NCBI GenBank assembly: GCA_031290205.1
Contig: JAITNZ010000098.1
Location: 1-52,565 of the forward strand
Source: Spirochaetaceae bacterium
GTDB taxonomy: Bacteria > Spirochaetota > Spirochaetia > Treponematales > Breznakiellaceae
Direction: 5' to 3'
Length of the DNA stretch: 52,565 nucleotides
Each line of letters starts with the position of its first letter. Position 1 is the first letter of the stretch. Made by a program: the position numbers and the translations under genes. Positions 22,967 to 32,400 of this stretch are shown one piece after another. The notes beneath the pieces were generated by a model. That model did not search any database, was not told the origin of the DNA, and worked only from the letters and a program-made list of their open reading frames with translations.

Positions 22967-24472
22967 TCATACAAATGTCAGATCGTCGCTTGCATCTTCA
23001 AAATAGTCTTCCCATGCCGACGGGTCGTTCATAACCTTAACGGTGCAGGTAGCAGGTTTGCCGAAACTACCGTAGAGGTTGAAGCTATACTCGTAGGAAG
23101 CAAACACGTCAAGGCTTATGCTGCCCATGTCGACGGATGTCAACGTTTCGCAGCAATACAGAAAGCGGTCGCCGATACTGGTAAGCTTCGACAGCGGGCT
23201 CAGGTCGAGTTCCGCTAAACCGATGCAGTAACTCAAAAAGCTGTCGCCGATACTGGTAAGCTTCGACAGCGGGCTCAGGTCGAGTTCCGCCAAACCGATG
23301 CAGTAACTCAGAAAGCTGTCGCCGATACTGGTAAGCTTCGACAGCGGGCTCAGGTCGAGTTCCGCTAAACCGATGCAGTAACTCAGAAAGCGGTCGCCGA
23401 TACTGGTAAGCTTCGACAGCGGGCTCAGGTCGAGTTCCGCCAAACCGATGCAGTAACTCAGAAAGTCATCGCCGATACTGGTAAGCTTCGACAGCGGGCT
23501 CAGGTCAAGCTTTGCTAAACTGAGGCAGGCAGCCAGGAAGTAGTCGCCGATACTGGTAAGGTTCGACAATGGGGACAGGTCGAGCGATGCCAGCCCGAAG
23601 AACCCAATGAGGAATTCATCGCCGAGAGCGGTAGCGCCCGCCACATCGCTGCCCCATATTATCTCGTGGATATACATTGTCTGGTACTCCTTGCCGTTAA
23701 TCGTGAAGCTCCCAATACCTGCGGGAACTTCGGGTGCTGTGATGGCGAGGTACCCCGTGTCGTTTATCGTGGCGCCTTTATTTGTAGGCGCACACAGCAG
23801 AGCCAGCCGTGTGTCCGCCGTCATAGTTTCCGCCGCCCATTCAGGGACGTCGCCCATGCTTACGGTTTCGTCTTGCGAAGGGTCGTACGCTGACTGAGGG
23901 TCGTACGCCGACTGAGGATCGGGCGCCTTAGCTGCCAACTTGCCTTCAGCCGCCCATGTAGCCTTGCTGCCCGAACGCATACTTGCTTCCAGCGGAGGAG
24001 TGTAGGATGTGACGTTGTAGATAAAGGTCGTATAGGTCGGCGCTGACTTTAGATCCCATAGGCGAATGTGCGGCGCGACAGCCGGCTTGGTGATGCTTAC
24101 CAGAATTTTACCGGCTTCCTTGGGAACTTTTGTTACCTTGAGCGTGTAAATATTCACTCCCTGCGTCTTCGTAAGCGAAACCGGCTTGATGGGCGCCGCC
24201 AAGCCGTCCTTATAGGTAAATTCGAATATTTCGGCTAAAGCGCCGACGCTCAAGTCGTCCTTTAATCCGGTAATCTCCTTGTCGAAGTCCAGAACAAGCT
24301 CCGCTGTCCCTACCCCGCTGGCGTCGAAGACCGGCTCCGACGCCGTCAAATTAATCCACATCGGCTCAGCCAGATTCAGACTCGACGTATCGGCAAGTGC
24401 GCTGCACGAAGATAATGCCAGCGCGGCAAGCGCCGTGCATACCAGTAATAGCGATTTGATTTTTTTACTCAT
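22967..24472 (-). CDS. BspA-type leucine-rich-repeat surface lipoprotein, paralog 3
   Basis: Start trimmed to the ATG at 24472 (AGGAGG 7 nt upstream), giving MSKKIKSLLLVCTALAALALSSC. The track start at 24565 reads through the upstream repeat element. Contains near-identical 25-aa LRR units. Confidence 0.85.
   Translation of the reverse strand: MSKKIKSLLLVCTALAALALSSCSALADTSSLNLAEPMWINLTASEPVFDASGVGTAELVLDFDKEITGLKDDLSVGALAEIFEFTYKDGLAAPIKPVSLTKTQGVNIYTLKVTKVPKEAGKILVSITKPAVAPHIRLWDLKSAPTYTTFIYNVTSYTPPLEASMRSGSKATWAAEGKLAAKAPDPQSAYDPQSAYDPSQDETVSMGDVPEWAAETMTADTRLALLCAPTNKGATINDTGYLAITAPEVPAGIGSFTINGKEYQTMYIHEIIWGSDVAGATALGDEFLIGFFGLASLDLSPLSNLTSIGDYFLAACLSLAKLDLSPLSKLTSIGDDFLSYCIGLAELDLSPLSKLTSIGDRFLSYCIGLAELDLSPLSKLTSIGDSFLSYCIGLAELDLSPLSKLTSIGDSFLSYCIGLAELDLSPLSKLTSIGDRFLYCCETLTSVDMGSISLDVFASYEYSFNLYGSFGKPATCTVKVMNDPSAWEDYFEDASDDLTFV
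23171..23545. repeat. Five near-identical 75-bp tandem repeats (25-aa LRR units) inside LRR paralog 3
   Basis: gccgatactggtaagcttcgacagcgggctcaggtcgagttccgc... restarts at 23171, 23246, 23321, 23396 and 23471, with a diverged copy at 23546. Only a few substitutions separate the units. Confidence 0.95.
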
Positions 24473-24486
24473 TGTGGCTCCTCCTA

Positions 24487-24590
24487 TGAATTCGATGGGA
24501 ACAGGGAACAGGGGAAAAAAGCACTTCGATCGCCATGGCGGTTTCAGCTTTGCCTTACACCTCATTCTTTATTCCTCCCCCGTCTTCATA
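24487..24590 (-). repeat. Heptad-word element (GGGAACA words) with the core hairpin in the LRR paralog 3 leader
   Basis: gatgggaacagggaacagggg...cacttcgatcgccatggcggtttcag...cctcattc. Collinear with the 22810-22925 element. Confidence 0.6.
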
Positions 24591-24594
24591 TGTT

Positions 24595-24623
24595 ATTCTA
24601 TCGTACTGTTTGTAAAATGTCAA
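24595..24623 (-). promoter_or_regulatory. Candidate promoter for LRR paralog 3 (TTGACA-17-TAGAAT)
   Basis: Minus strand reads TTGACA (24623-24618), a 17-nt spacer, then TAGAAT (24600-24595). The -35 is the terminal hexamer of repeat module 1. Confidence 0.5.
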
Positions 24624-25380
24624 TACCTTCAGCGCCTCCCGCACGTATGTTACCCCCGCGATTTTAATCGCGGGGACGGGCGGGGCGGGGAAGGCTTGCC
24701 GAAAAACGGGCACCCTCGCCTACGGCGGCATTATTGCGTACTGTGTCCTCGACACAAGCAGTAGCTTGTGTTTTTTTACTGCGTAGTTTTTACCAGTGAA
24801 TTTTTTTGGCAAACCTTCCCCGCCCCCGCCCAATAAATGCGCACGAAAGGGCGTTGTTGGGACTAATCGTTCATGGCGTGGCGCAGAACAACCCAACACT
24901 GCACAATAATGCAGGTTCACCTTTAGGTGAGCCTGTGCGCCCCCGCTACGTTTAGGATAATCCTCTGCAGCTCAAGTGCGTGAGGGCTTCCCGGACGAAG
25001 CTGGCTGGGCTACGCGTTTTCCGCCTGACAGTGAAGCCATTACAGCAAAACGCGCGGCTAGGAGCATGGCAGCGAGTACTGGCGCGTTAGCGCTTGTGCC
25101 GCTGACCGAGAAAGCCTTCCCCCTGCACAAGTGGTGAGGGCTTTTCGGACGAGTTGGGTGAGCGGTGCGTTTATCGGCTGACAGTGAAGCCCTAACAGAA
25201 ACGTGCGCGGTTAGGAGCATGGCAGCGAGCGCGGGCGTTTGTCGGTAAATGCTCGTGGCGTCGTGTATGGCAGCAAGCACTGGCGCGTCTGCGCTTGTGC
25301 TGCTGACCGAGAGTGCCCCCCCGTGCCGCTGACCGAGAAAGCCTTCCCCCTGCCCAAGTGGTGAGGGCTTTTCGACCAGG
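24618..25380. repeat. Composite intergenic repeat, locus B (module 1, module 3, then about 2.2 tandem units)
   Basis: Order is module 1 (24618-~24725), module 3 (24815-24950), then units at 24973, 25130 and a partial one at 25352. Sequence identity to locus A is evident by eye over tens of nt at a time. Confidence 0.85.
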
Positions 25381-25423
25381 GGCGAGCGCATTAAAATGAA
25401 AAAATCAAGAGAATCCGCAGATT

Positions 25424-25545
25424 AACCACGACCCTCACGAACCACACGAACAAATTGCGCTAATTCACATGATTTCTGCCTTGTTTACCACCATTATTCA
25501 TATTCATTTCGTCTTCCGTTCGTGTTGTTCGTGAGGGTCGTGGTT
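25424..25545. repeat. 28-bp inverted repeat (27/28 match) built from CACGAAC words, with a 66-nt spacer
   Basis: Left arm aaccacgaccctcacgaaccacacgaac (25424-25451). Right arm gttcgtgttgttcgtgagggtcgtggtt (25518-25545). A third half-copy acgaacaacacgaacc lies at ~25620-25636. Confidence 0.85.
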
Positions 25546-25654
25546 GAATTCGGAACAGCTGCGAAGTGCACACAAATATTTTTTTACAGGAAAGCAGTTG
25601 AGAATTCGACCCGAAACTTACGAACAACACGAACCGGAGGGGAGGGCTAGAATA

Positions 25655-25678
25655 AAATCCTACAATTATGTAGGATTT
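25655..25678 (+). promoter_or_regulatory. Perfect 10-bp stem hairpin or palindrome 3 nt upstream of the sigma-54 activator start
   Basis: aaatcctaca-atta-tgtaggattt. It sits where an RBS would be expected. A TAGAAT -10-like hexamer lies at 25649-25654. Confidence 0.5.
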
Positions 25679-25681
25679 TGC

Positions 25682-27277
25682 ATGGACCAGACGATGCTTT
25701 TGAAGAGTGGCGACCGCGCGGAGCTGGAGCTTCTCTTTGATATTACCCGCATATTGAATAAGCATGTCGAGCTACGCGTCGCGCTTGGTCCCATCCTCAG
25801 TATGATAAAAATCCGCCGGGGCTTGAAAAACAGTATGGTAACGCTCCTTGACCGCGCCACGGGGCTGCTTAAAATTGAGGAAGCGGAAGGCTTGACGGAG
25901 GAAGAAAAGGAGCGCGGGATCTACCGGCTTGGCGAAGGGCTCGTTGGGCGGGTTTTTGAATCGGGCATTGCCATTGTATCGAAAGATTTATCCAAAGAAG
26001 TGCCTTTTCGCAGCCGTGCGGACATGGCGGGGATGAGTTATATCTGCGTCCCGATATGCTCACACAACGCGCTTATCGGCACCTTGAGCGCAGAACGACG
26101 GCTTGTCCGCGCCGAGAAAAAACCGCCTGAAAAACAGGTGGCGGACGATAAGGCTTTTCTGGAAAAAGTGGCGCTGCTCATCGCCGATTCGGCAAAACTC
26201 CGCGAGCGCATCATGGAAGAAGCGCTCAGGCAGGACAGAGAAAACCGCCGTATCGGCAGCATCAATATGCACAGGAAAAAACACGGCGGCGATATTTTCG
26301 GCAGCATCGCCTGTGGGAGCGGCATAATCGGGACGAGCGGTGCGATACGGGATGTTTACCAGATAATTACCCAAGCCGCGCCAAGCGATGCGGCAATCCT
26401 TATCGAAGGCGAATGCGGCACGGGAAAAGAACTGGTTGCGGCGGAGATTGTAAAACTTTCAAAACGTTCCGGTGCTCCTTTTTTGAAGCTGAACTGCGCC
26501 GTGCTCCCCGAATCGATCATCGAGAGCGAACTTTTTGGGCACGAAAAGGGCGCTTTTCCCGGCGCGCTCAAGCAGCGCTCTGGGCGCTTCGAGTTAGCGC
26601 ATAAGGGGACGATTTTCCTTGATGAAATCGCCGAGCTGTCGCCGCAAATTCAGATAAAACTCCTCCGCGTGCTGCAAGAGCGCGAGCTTGAGCGGGTCGG
26701 CGATACCGCGCGTATCAAAGTTGATGTGCGCTTGATTGCGGCAAGCAGCAAAGCGCTTGAAAAAGAAATGCGTGCGGGACGTTTCTGCGAAGAGCTCTTC
26801 TCGCGCTTGAATGTTTTCCCGATACGGCTACCGCCCTTGCGGGAACGGAAGGGCGATATCATGCTGCTAGCAGATTATTTTATCGAAAGGTCTGCTGAAA
26901 AAAACGGCAAGCAGATCAAGCGGATTTCCGGTCCCGCGATAGACCTTCTTACGAGCCATACATGGCACGGCAATGTCCGTGAACTGGAAAACTGCATTGA
27001 ACGGGCGGTGATGCTTTCCACCGATATGGTGATTCATTCCTACCATCTGCCGCCGAGTTTGCAAACCGCTACTTCGACCGATACGCAGGCGAATATGACG
27101 CTCGAACCGGCGCTTTCCCGTCTTGAAAAAGAGATGATTCTGGAAGCGTTAAAGCTGAGCGGCGGGAACATCAGCGCCGCCGCCCGCGATCTGGGCATAA
27201 GCGAGCGACAGATGGGGCTCCGTGTCCAGCATTATGGGATAAATCGGCGCACTTTCAGAAAAACGCCAAAACGCTAA
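25682..27277 (+). CDS. Sigma-54-dependent transcriptional activator (GAF-like sensor, AAA+ core, Fis-type HTH)
   Basis: Walker A GECGTGKE. ESELFGHEKGAFPGA (GAFTGA-loop variant). Walker B IFLDEI. RVLQE...R.G. C-terminal GNISAAARDLGISERQM. Start trimmed from the TTG at 25544 to the ATG at 25682. The start is uncertain. Confidence 0.88.
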   Translation: MDQTMLLKSGDRAELELLFDITRILNKHVELRVALGPILSMIKIRRGLKNSMVTLLDRATGLLKIEEAEGLTEEEKERGIYRLGEGLVGRVFESGIAIVSKDLSKEVPFRSRADMAGMSYICVPICSHNALIGTLSAERRLVRAEKKPPEKQVADDKAFLEKVALLIADSAKLRERIMEEALRQDRENRRIGSINMHRKKHGGDIFGSIACGSGIIGTSGAIRDVYQIITQAAPSDAAILIEGECGTGKELVAAEIVKLSKRSGAPFLKLNCAVLPESIIESELFGHEKGAFPGALKQRSGRFELAHKGTIFLDEIAELSPQIQIKLLRVLQERELERVGDTARIKVDVRLIAASSKALEKEMRAGRFCEELFSRLNVFPIRLPPLRERKGDIMLLADYFIERSAEKNGKQIKRISGPAIDLLTSHTWHGNVRELENCIERAVMLSTDMVIHSYHLPPSLQTATSTDTQANMTLEPALSRLEKEMILEALKLSGGNISAAARDLGISERQMGLRVQHYGINRRTFRKTPKR

Positions 27278-27340
27278 CAGCTACCGTTATTCGCAGTAAG
27301 AGCGAGAGCGCGTAAGAGAGTATGCAAAATTGACAATCGC

Positions 27341-27349
27341 TGCTATAAT
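27341..27349 (+). promoter_or_regulatory. Extended -10 promoter (TGcTATAAT) immediately upstream of the jetA-like ATG
   Basis: tgctataat at 27341-27349. The ATG at 27358 lies 8 nt after the -10 and no SD is present, which implies a leaderless or near-leaderless mRNA. Confidence 0.4.
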
Positions 27350-27357
27350 TCACGCTG

Positions 27358-28791
27358 ATGAACCTGTTTCACCGTATACCCGCCAATTTTTTTTCGTTGC
27401 TGGCATCGAGTAACCGCGAGATTTATTTTGACGCGCTCATGCTGCTTAACGGCTTTCTTAAAAATGAACTCAATATACGAGTGGATGATTATCTCTCGTC
27501 CCTCATTTCGCTTATCGAGGACAGGGCATATATTGTTGAAGCTGAAGATGACGAAGCTGAGGCGGGCGAGGATGTTGCGGGGGGGCTGTCCGCCAATACC
27601 AAGGCGCGCCTTATTTTGGCGCGGATTATCAAAACTGGCTGGGTTGACCGTGAGTATATGGACGGCGCCTTTGTCGAAATTATTACGCCGCGCGATTATG
27701 CAATCAAGATGATGCAGACGCTCGACGAGCTGCGTGATGAACGCATTCACGAGTATAACTCGCTGGTGTTTTCGACCTATTCGGGATTAAAGCAGGCGAA
27801 GAATGAAGATGCGCGTGAAATGTATGATGCGCTGCTCGGCGCGCGCAGGAATACCGAACAGTTGACCTATGAATTAAAAGGGCTCTATCACGGCATACGC
27901 AATTATCTGCGGCGCATACAAGAACAGAATGATATTAACGATCTGCTCGAAAACCATTTTGAAAAATACAAACCGATGACCGATAGAATTTATCATCCTA
28001 TAAAAACGATGGATTCTGTTCATCGCTATATGACGCCGATCAAAGATGTCCTTACAAAACTTAAATTCGACGAGCCGCTGATTGGCGATATGCGCGAGCG
28101 GGCGATGATGATTCGAAAATACAAACACGAAGAAGAAGCGGGGAAAGAAATTCTCGATTCGATAGAAGATGTGCTTGATGTATATATTTCACTCGGCGGC
28201 ATCATAACCGAGATTGATAAAAAGCACAGCGCCTATACGAAAAATTCTATAGAAAAAATGACCTACATGATGAATGCCGACCAAAGCATCAAAGGTAAAT
28301 TGCTTGATATATTAAAAATATATTCAGGCGCTGATGAACTGAAACGGGAAACGATTTGCGCGCGCTTTGAACAAAACGTCCGAATATTCAGACAGAACTT
28401 TATTGACGGCGCTTCGCTCTACCATAAAAATATTGCCAGTCGCAGAACGAATGAGGAGGCGCTTGAACTGAACGCCGATTGCTCTTTCGCCGACGAAGCG
28501 ATGCTTGAACTTGCCAAACAAATGTCCCGTGTTTATTCCCTCGACAGGATCCGCCGTTTTGTGGAATCGCTTTTTGCCCCCGGTGAAACCACTGTTGTAA
28601 GCGAAAATCTGCATATCAGTGGGGATGAAGACTTTATCCTGCTGATTCTGGCGATTATCCGGTCGAACGAGCGGGGGATGAACTATGCGGTCTCTATGGA
28701 AAACGGCGCTGTCCGCTGTAACGGCTATCTGGTACCCAATATGAAGATTCAAAAAAACGAGGGGAGGAAAAATGTTTCAAAAGGAGTATGA
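27358..28791 (+). CDS. JetA/MksF-like kleisin-type subunit of an SMC-like complex
   Basis: Called from context and size. At 477 aa it is first in a translationally coupled trio with a ~210-aa acidic protein and a ~1130-aa SMC-like ATPase, the canonical JetA-JetB-JetC / MksF-E-B order and sizes. I identified no diagnostic motif by eye. Confidence 0.5.
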   Translation: MNLFHRIPANFFSLLASSNREIYFDALMLLNGFLKNELNIRVDDYLSSLISLIEDRAYIVEAEDDEAEAGEDVAGGLSANTKARLILARIIKTGWVDREYMDGAFVEIITPRDYAIKMMQTLDELRDERIHEYNSLVFSTYSGLKQAKNEDAREMYDALLGARRNTEQLTYELKGLYHGIRNYLRRIQEQNDINDLLENHFEKYKPMTDRIYHPIKTMDSVHRYMTPIKDVLTKLKFDEPLIGDMRERAMMIRKYKHEEEAGKEILDSIEDVLDVYISLGGIITEIDKKHSAYTKNSIEKMTYMMNADQSIKGKLLDILKIYSGADELKRETICARFEQNVRIFRQNFIDGASLYHKNIASRRTNEEALELNADCSFADEAMLELAKQMSRVYSLDRIRRFVESLFAPGETTVVSENLHISGDEDFILLILAIIRSNERGMNYAVSMENGAVRCNGYLVPNMKIQKNEGRKNVSKGV

Positions 28792-29416
28792 AAAATTAAA
28801 TAGTAGCGAAAAAGAGGATTTTCGCCGTCTTGCTAATTATCTTTTATCGCATACCTACCTCGTGCGCTATGAGTATCAGCCTTCGCAGGAAATGACGCTG
28901 GTGAATAAAGATTATCAGGCAGCGTCGCGCTTCTTTGACGCGCTGCACGATTATTTTTTGCTCTCCGGCTGGCGTCTTGAAAAAGATGATAATTACGGCA
29001 TCATATCGCTAAGTAATATATACGAACATAACCGCCTGCGCCTCGACCGTTTTACCACGTTGTTTTTATACACCTGCCGACTCATATACGAAGAGGGCAG
29101 GGAGGATGCCGGCAAGTTTCATAGTGTTAAAACCGACACTAAAACAGTGGTTGATAAAATGCACTACATGGGGCTTTTGGAGAAGGGGCGCGGCGGGGAT
29201 AAAGATTGGGGGAAGACAACAAAGAAAGAGCGTATCGAAGCGCAACGCACCTTATCACATTTTAATATCATTAAAAAGATTGAAAGCTCCCCCTGGGACG
29301 GCGAGGGAAATAACATTATTGTTCTGCCGTCTATCTTGGCGATTGTTTCAAACGAGGGCATCAACGCGATGTATAAAGAACTGGAAGAACTTAAAAACGA
29401 GGAATCGTCGCCATGA
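28772..29416 (+). CDS. JetB/MksE-like (DUF4194-type) subunit
   Basis: 214 aa. GGGGAGG RBS. 20-nt overlap with the upstream gene and an ATGA overlap with the downstream gene. Size and position match JetB. Family assignment is by context. Confidence 0.5.
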   Translation: MFQKEYEKLNSSEKEDFRRLANYLLSHTYLVRYEYQPSQEMTLVNKDYQAASRFFDALHDYFLLSGWRLEKDDNYGIISLSNIYEHNRLRLDRFTTLFLYTCRLIYEEGREDAGKFHSVKTDTKTVVDKMHYMGLLEKGRGGDKDWGKTTKKERIEAQRTLSHFNIIKKIESSPWDGEGNNIIVLPSILAIVSNEGINAMYKELEELKNEESSP

Positions 29417-32400
29417 AATTATTAAAAAAATTATTGTTAATCAACTGGCATTATTTTTCGCATGAATTAATTGAGTTTGAAAAAATAAATTTTCTTACCG
29501 GCAAGAACGCGTCGGGTAAGTCAACGATAATCGACGCGATGCAGGTTCTTTTACTCGCCGATACTTCGGGGAATTCTTTTAACAAGGCGGCAAGCGGGCG
29601 TAGCAACAGAACGCTGCGTGGCTACCTCCTTGGGGAATTGGGGGACGACGAAGAGTCCGGCTTTAAGCACCTCCGTAACGGGCGTTTTACGAGCATTCTT
29701 GCGATGGAATTTTTTGACGAAGAGAAAAAAACTTTTTTTACCGCCGGCTGTTGTTTTGATATTTTTGCCGAAAATGATATAGCACGAATGTTCTTTCGTT
29801 TTAACGGCGCTATGCCTGAACATCAATTCATTACAGGCAAAAAACCGATGGATATAGCGGCGCTTCGTGCATATATTCGGGAACAATTCAATCAGAGTAA
29901 TTATTTTACCAGCGACACCAATCAAAGTTTTCGCGACGATTTTTATGGGAAACTCGGCGGGCTGCAATCACGGTTTTCGGGACTCCTCAAGAAAGCGGTG
30001 TCGTTTGACCCAAATGTCGATATACAAAAGTTTATTTCTGAGTTTGTCTGCGACACCCAGCAGCCGGTTGATATTAGTAGCCTCCAAGAAAATATACGCA
30101 GCTATGCCCGCCTCGAACTCGAAGAAAAAATGTTGGAGGAACGCATCAAGGAACTAAGCGGCATCAATACTATATACGAGACGTTTAACAATCACCGCGA
30201 GAGCGCTCTTGTCTACGGCTACCTCATTGACCGCGCCCGCATTGATATAAAATACATCGCCATTTTAAATCAAGAAAAAAACAAGCAGGATGCTGAACAT
30301 AATATAAAAGAATGTAAAACTACGATAGAATATGAAGAAATCCGCCAAATAAAAACACAGTCCGAGCGTGAAGAGTTGTATATTCAATTGAGAAATAACG
30401 AAACGGCGCAAATCGTAGAACACCTCGAATCGCAAATACAAGAGAAACAACAGGAATGTGACGCGATAAAAAATAATTTTGAAAAACTAGCGGCGCATTT
30501 TTCAGCATTAATAGAGATTTGGATGAAGTGTATACCGGCGCTGTGCGATAATCCGGCGCGCCTCCTCCTCAATATGGCGCATCCTTCCCTGCGAACAATG
30601 ATTGAAAATATATCAGAAGGCGCACAGCAATGTATATTTCATATACAAAATATTAATTGCGCCGACCCCGCCTCAATTAACAGCTTGGGTGAAGACGCGC
30701 TGCAATCGACCATAGCTTGCGTGGATGAACTGCGCTCCTCATCGCTTAAAATTTCCTCACGCCTTGAAGATGAGGCGGAAGCTGTCATGCAAAAACAAAA
30801 AACGTTGCAGGCTGAGGAAAAATTACTTGAAAAAGGCATCTATCAGTTTCCCCCATCGGTGCTTGACCTGAAAGAGGCGATTGCCGGAAAGCTCCGCAAT
30901 AAAACAGGCGGCGCGGTCGACGTGTGCATCGTAGCGGAAGTGGCTGAGATACACCAGCCGCGCTGGCGTAACGCAATCGAAGGCTACCTCAACACCCAAA
31001 AGTTTTATCTTATCGTCGCCCCTGAGCATTTTGCTATTGCGCTCAATGTATACGATGCGATAAAACGCGAGCGCCATATCTATGATACAGGGCTTGTTGA
31101 CATCGAGAAAATTGAAAAGCTCCAACCAAAGACAGAGCCCGGTAGTCTTGCCGAAGAGATTACTACCAACAAGCTCTATGTGCGCCTCTTTCTCGATTAT
31201 ACTCTTGGCAATGTTATGAAGTGCGAAAAGGTAAGCGAATTACGCCGCCACAGAACCGCAATAACCGATAGCGGTATGCTCTATCACAATTATGTTGCGC
31301 GGGCTATAAACCCGCGACGCTGGGAGAAACCCGCTATTGGGCAGATGGCAATAGAGGCGCGTATCCAACAGGTCAAAAAAGAGATAAAACTTGCCGAAGA
31401 AACATTGTCCGCCCTTAACAGTGTCCTCGAAATTATGCGGGGGGTAAGCGGCATTGCTATTCCGGGACAATCCGAAGCACAGCAATTTTCCGCCGCCGCC
31501 TCTCTCTGCAGCCATTTACCGCAACTGGAAGAGGATATTGCCGCGATTAAAGTGCAGCTGGAATCGGTAGACCGGAGCGCAATTGAAACACTCCGTGAAC
31601 GTATCGCGGCGCTCGACGCAACGCTTGCAGATTTGAAGTGCCGGCTCGACGCTCATAAATATAAAAGGGGGGTGGAAGAAGAAAAATTCCGCAGCATTAT
31701 CGAAGAGACGCTCCCCAAATTACAAACGGATCTTGCCGAAATGGAAGAACAGAAAAACGCGAATTATAATGCAGAATGGATTGAAAGCACCGGCAATCCG
31801 CGTTATGAAAAAGAATTAAGCACGCGGGAGAATCCTGCGGCGATTGAACAGGCATTTCCCCGTGAAAAGACCCGCTGCGAAAAGGCGAAGGAAGCCCTCT
31901 GGGACGAATTAAAAGACCTCCGCCGCCGTTATAACGATAAATATAAAATGGGTTACGATACCGCGCTCGAAACAAACGAGGCTTATACAAATGTGCTGCT
32001 TGAATTAAACGAGAATAAACTCCCCGACTATCGCGCTAAAATCGAGGATGCCCGCCATAAGGCGCACGAACAATTCCGTGAAGATTTTTTAAGCCGACTG
32101 CAAAGCAACTTTAACGACGCGAAACGGCAGATAGATTCTTTGAATAAGGCGCTGGATAATAGCTCATTTGGCGAGGATACCTACCGTTTTAGAATAATTC
32201 CCAAGCCTGAATATAAACGCTACTACGATATGATAATAGACCCCATGCTCCTTGATGGCGGTTATAATTTAGCATCTGAACATTTTAATACAAAGTATAA
32301 AGAGGAAATCAACGAACTCTTTTCGCTCATCACTAATTCGGAGGAGGGGAAGCAATCGAAGGATACGGCGGATTATGAAAAACGTGTGCAGACTTTTACC

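Noticed and set aside
24972-25391. 139-aa ORF, with counterparts at 35384-35896 (170 aa), 1800-2027, 24720-24920 and 35784-36134
   Set aside because: They lie wholly within the composite intergenic repeats. Their internally repeated peptide segments simply follow the tandem DNA units. They have no RBS and inconsistent frames between repeat copies.
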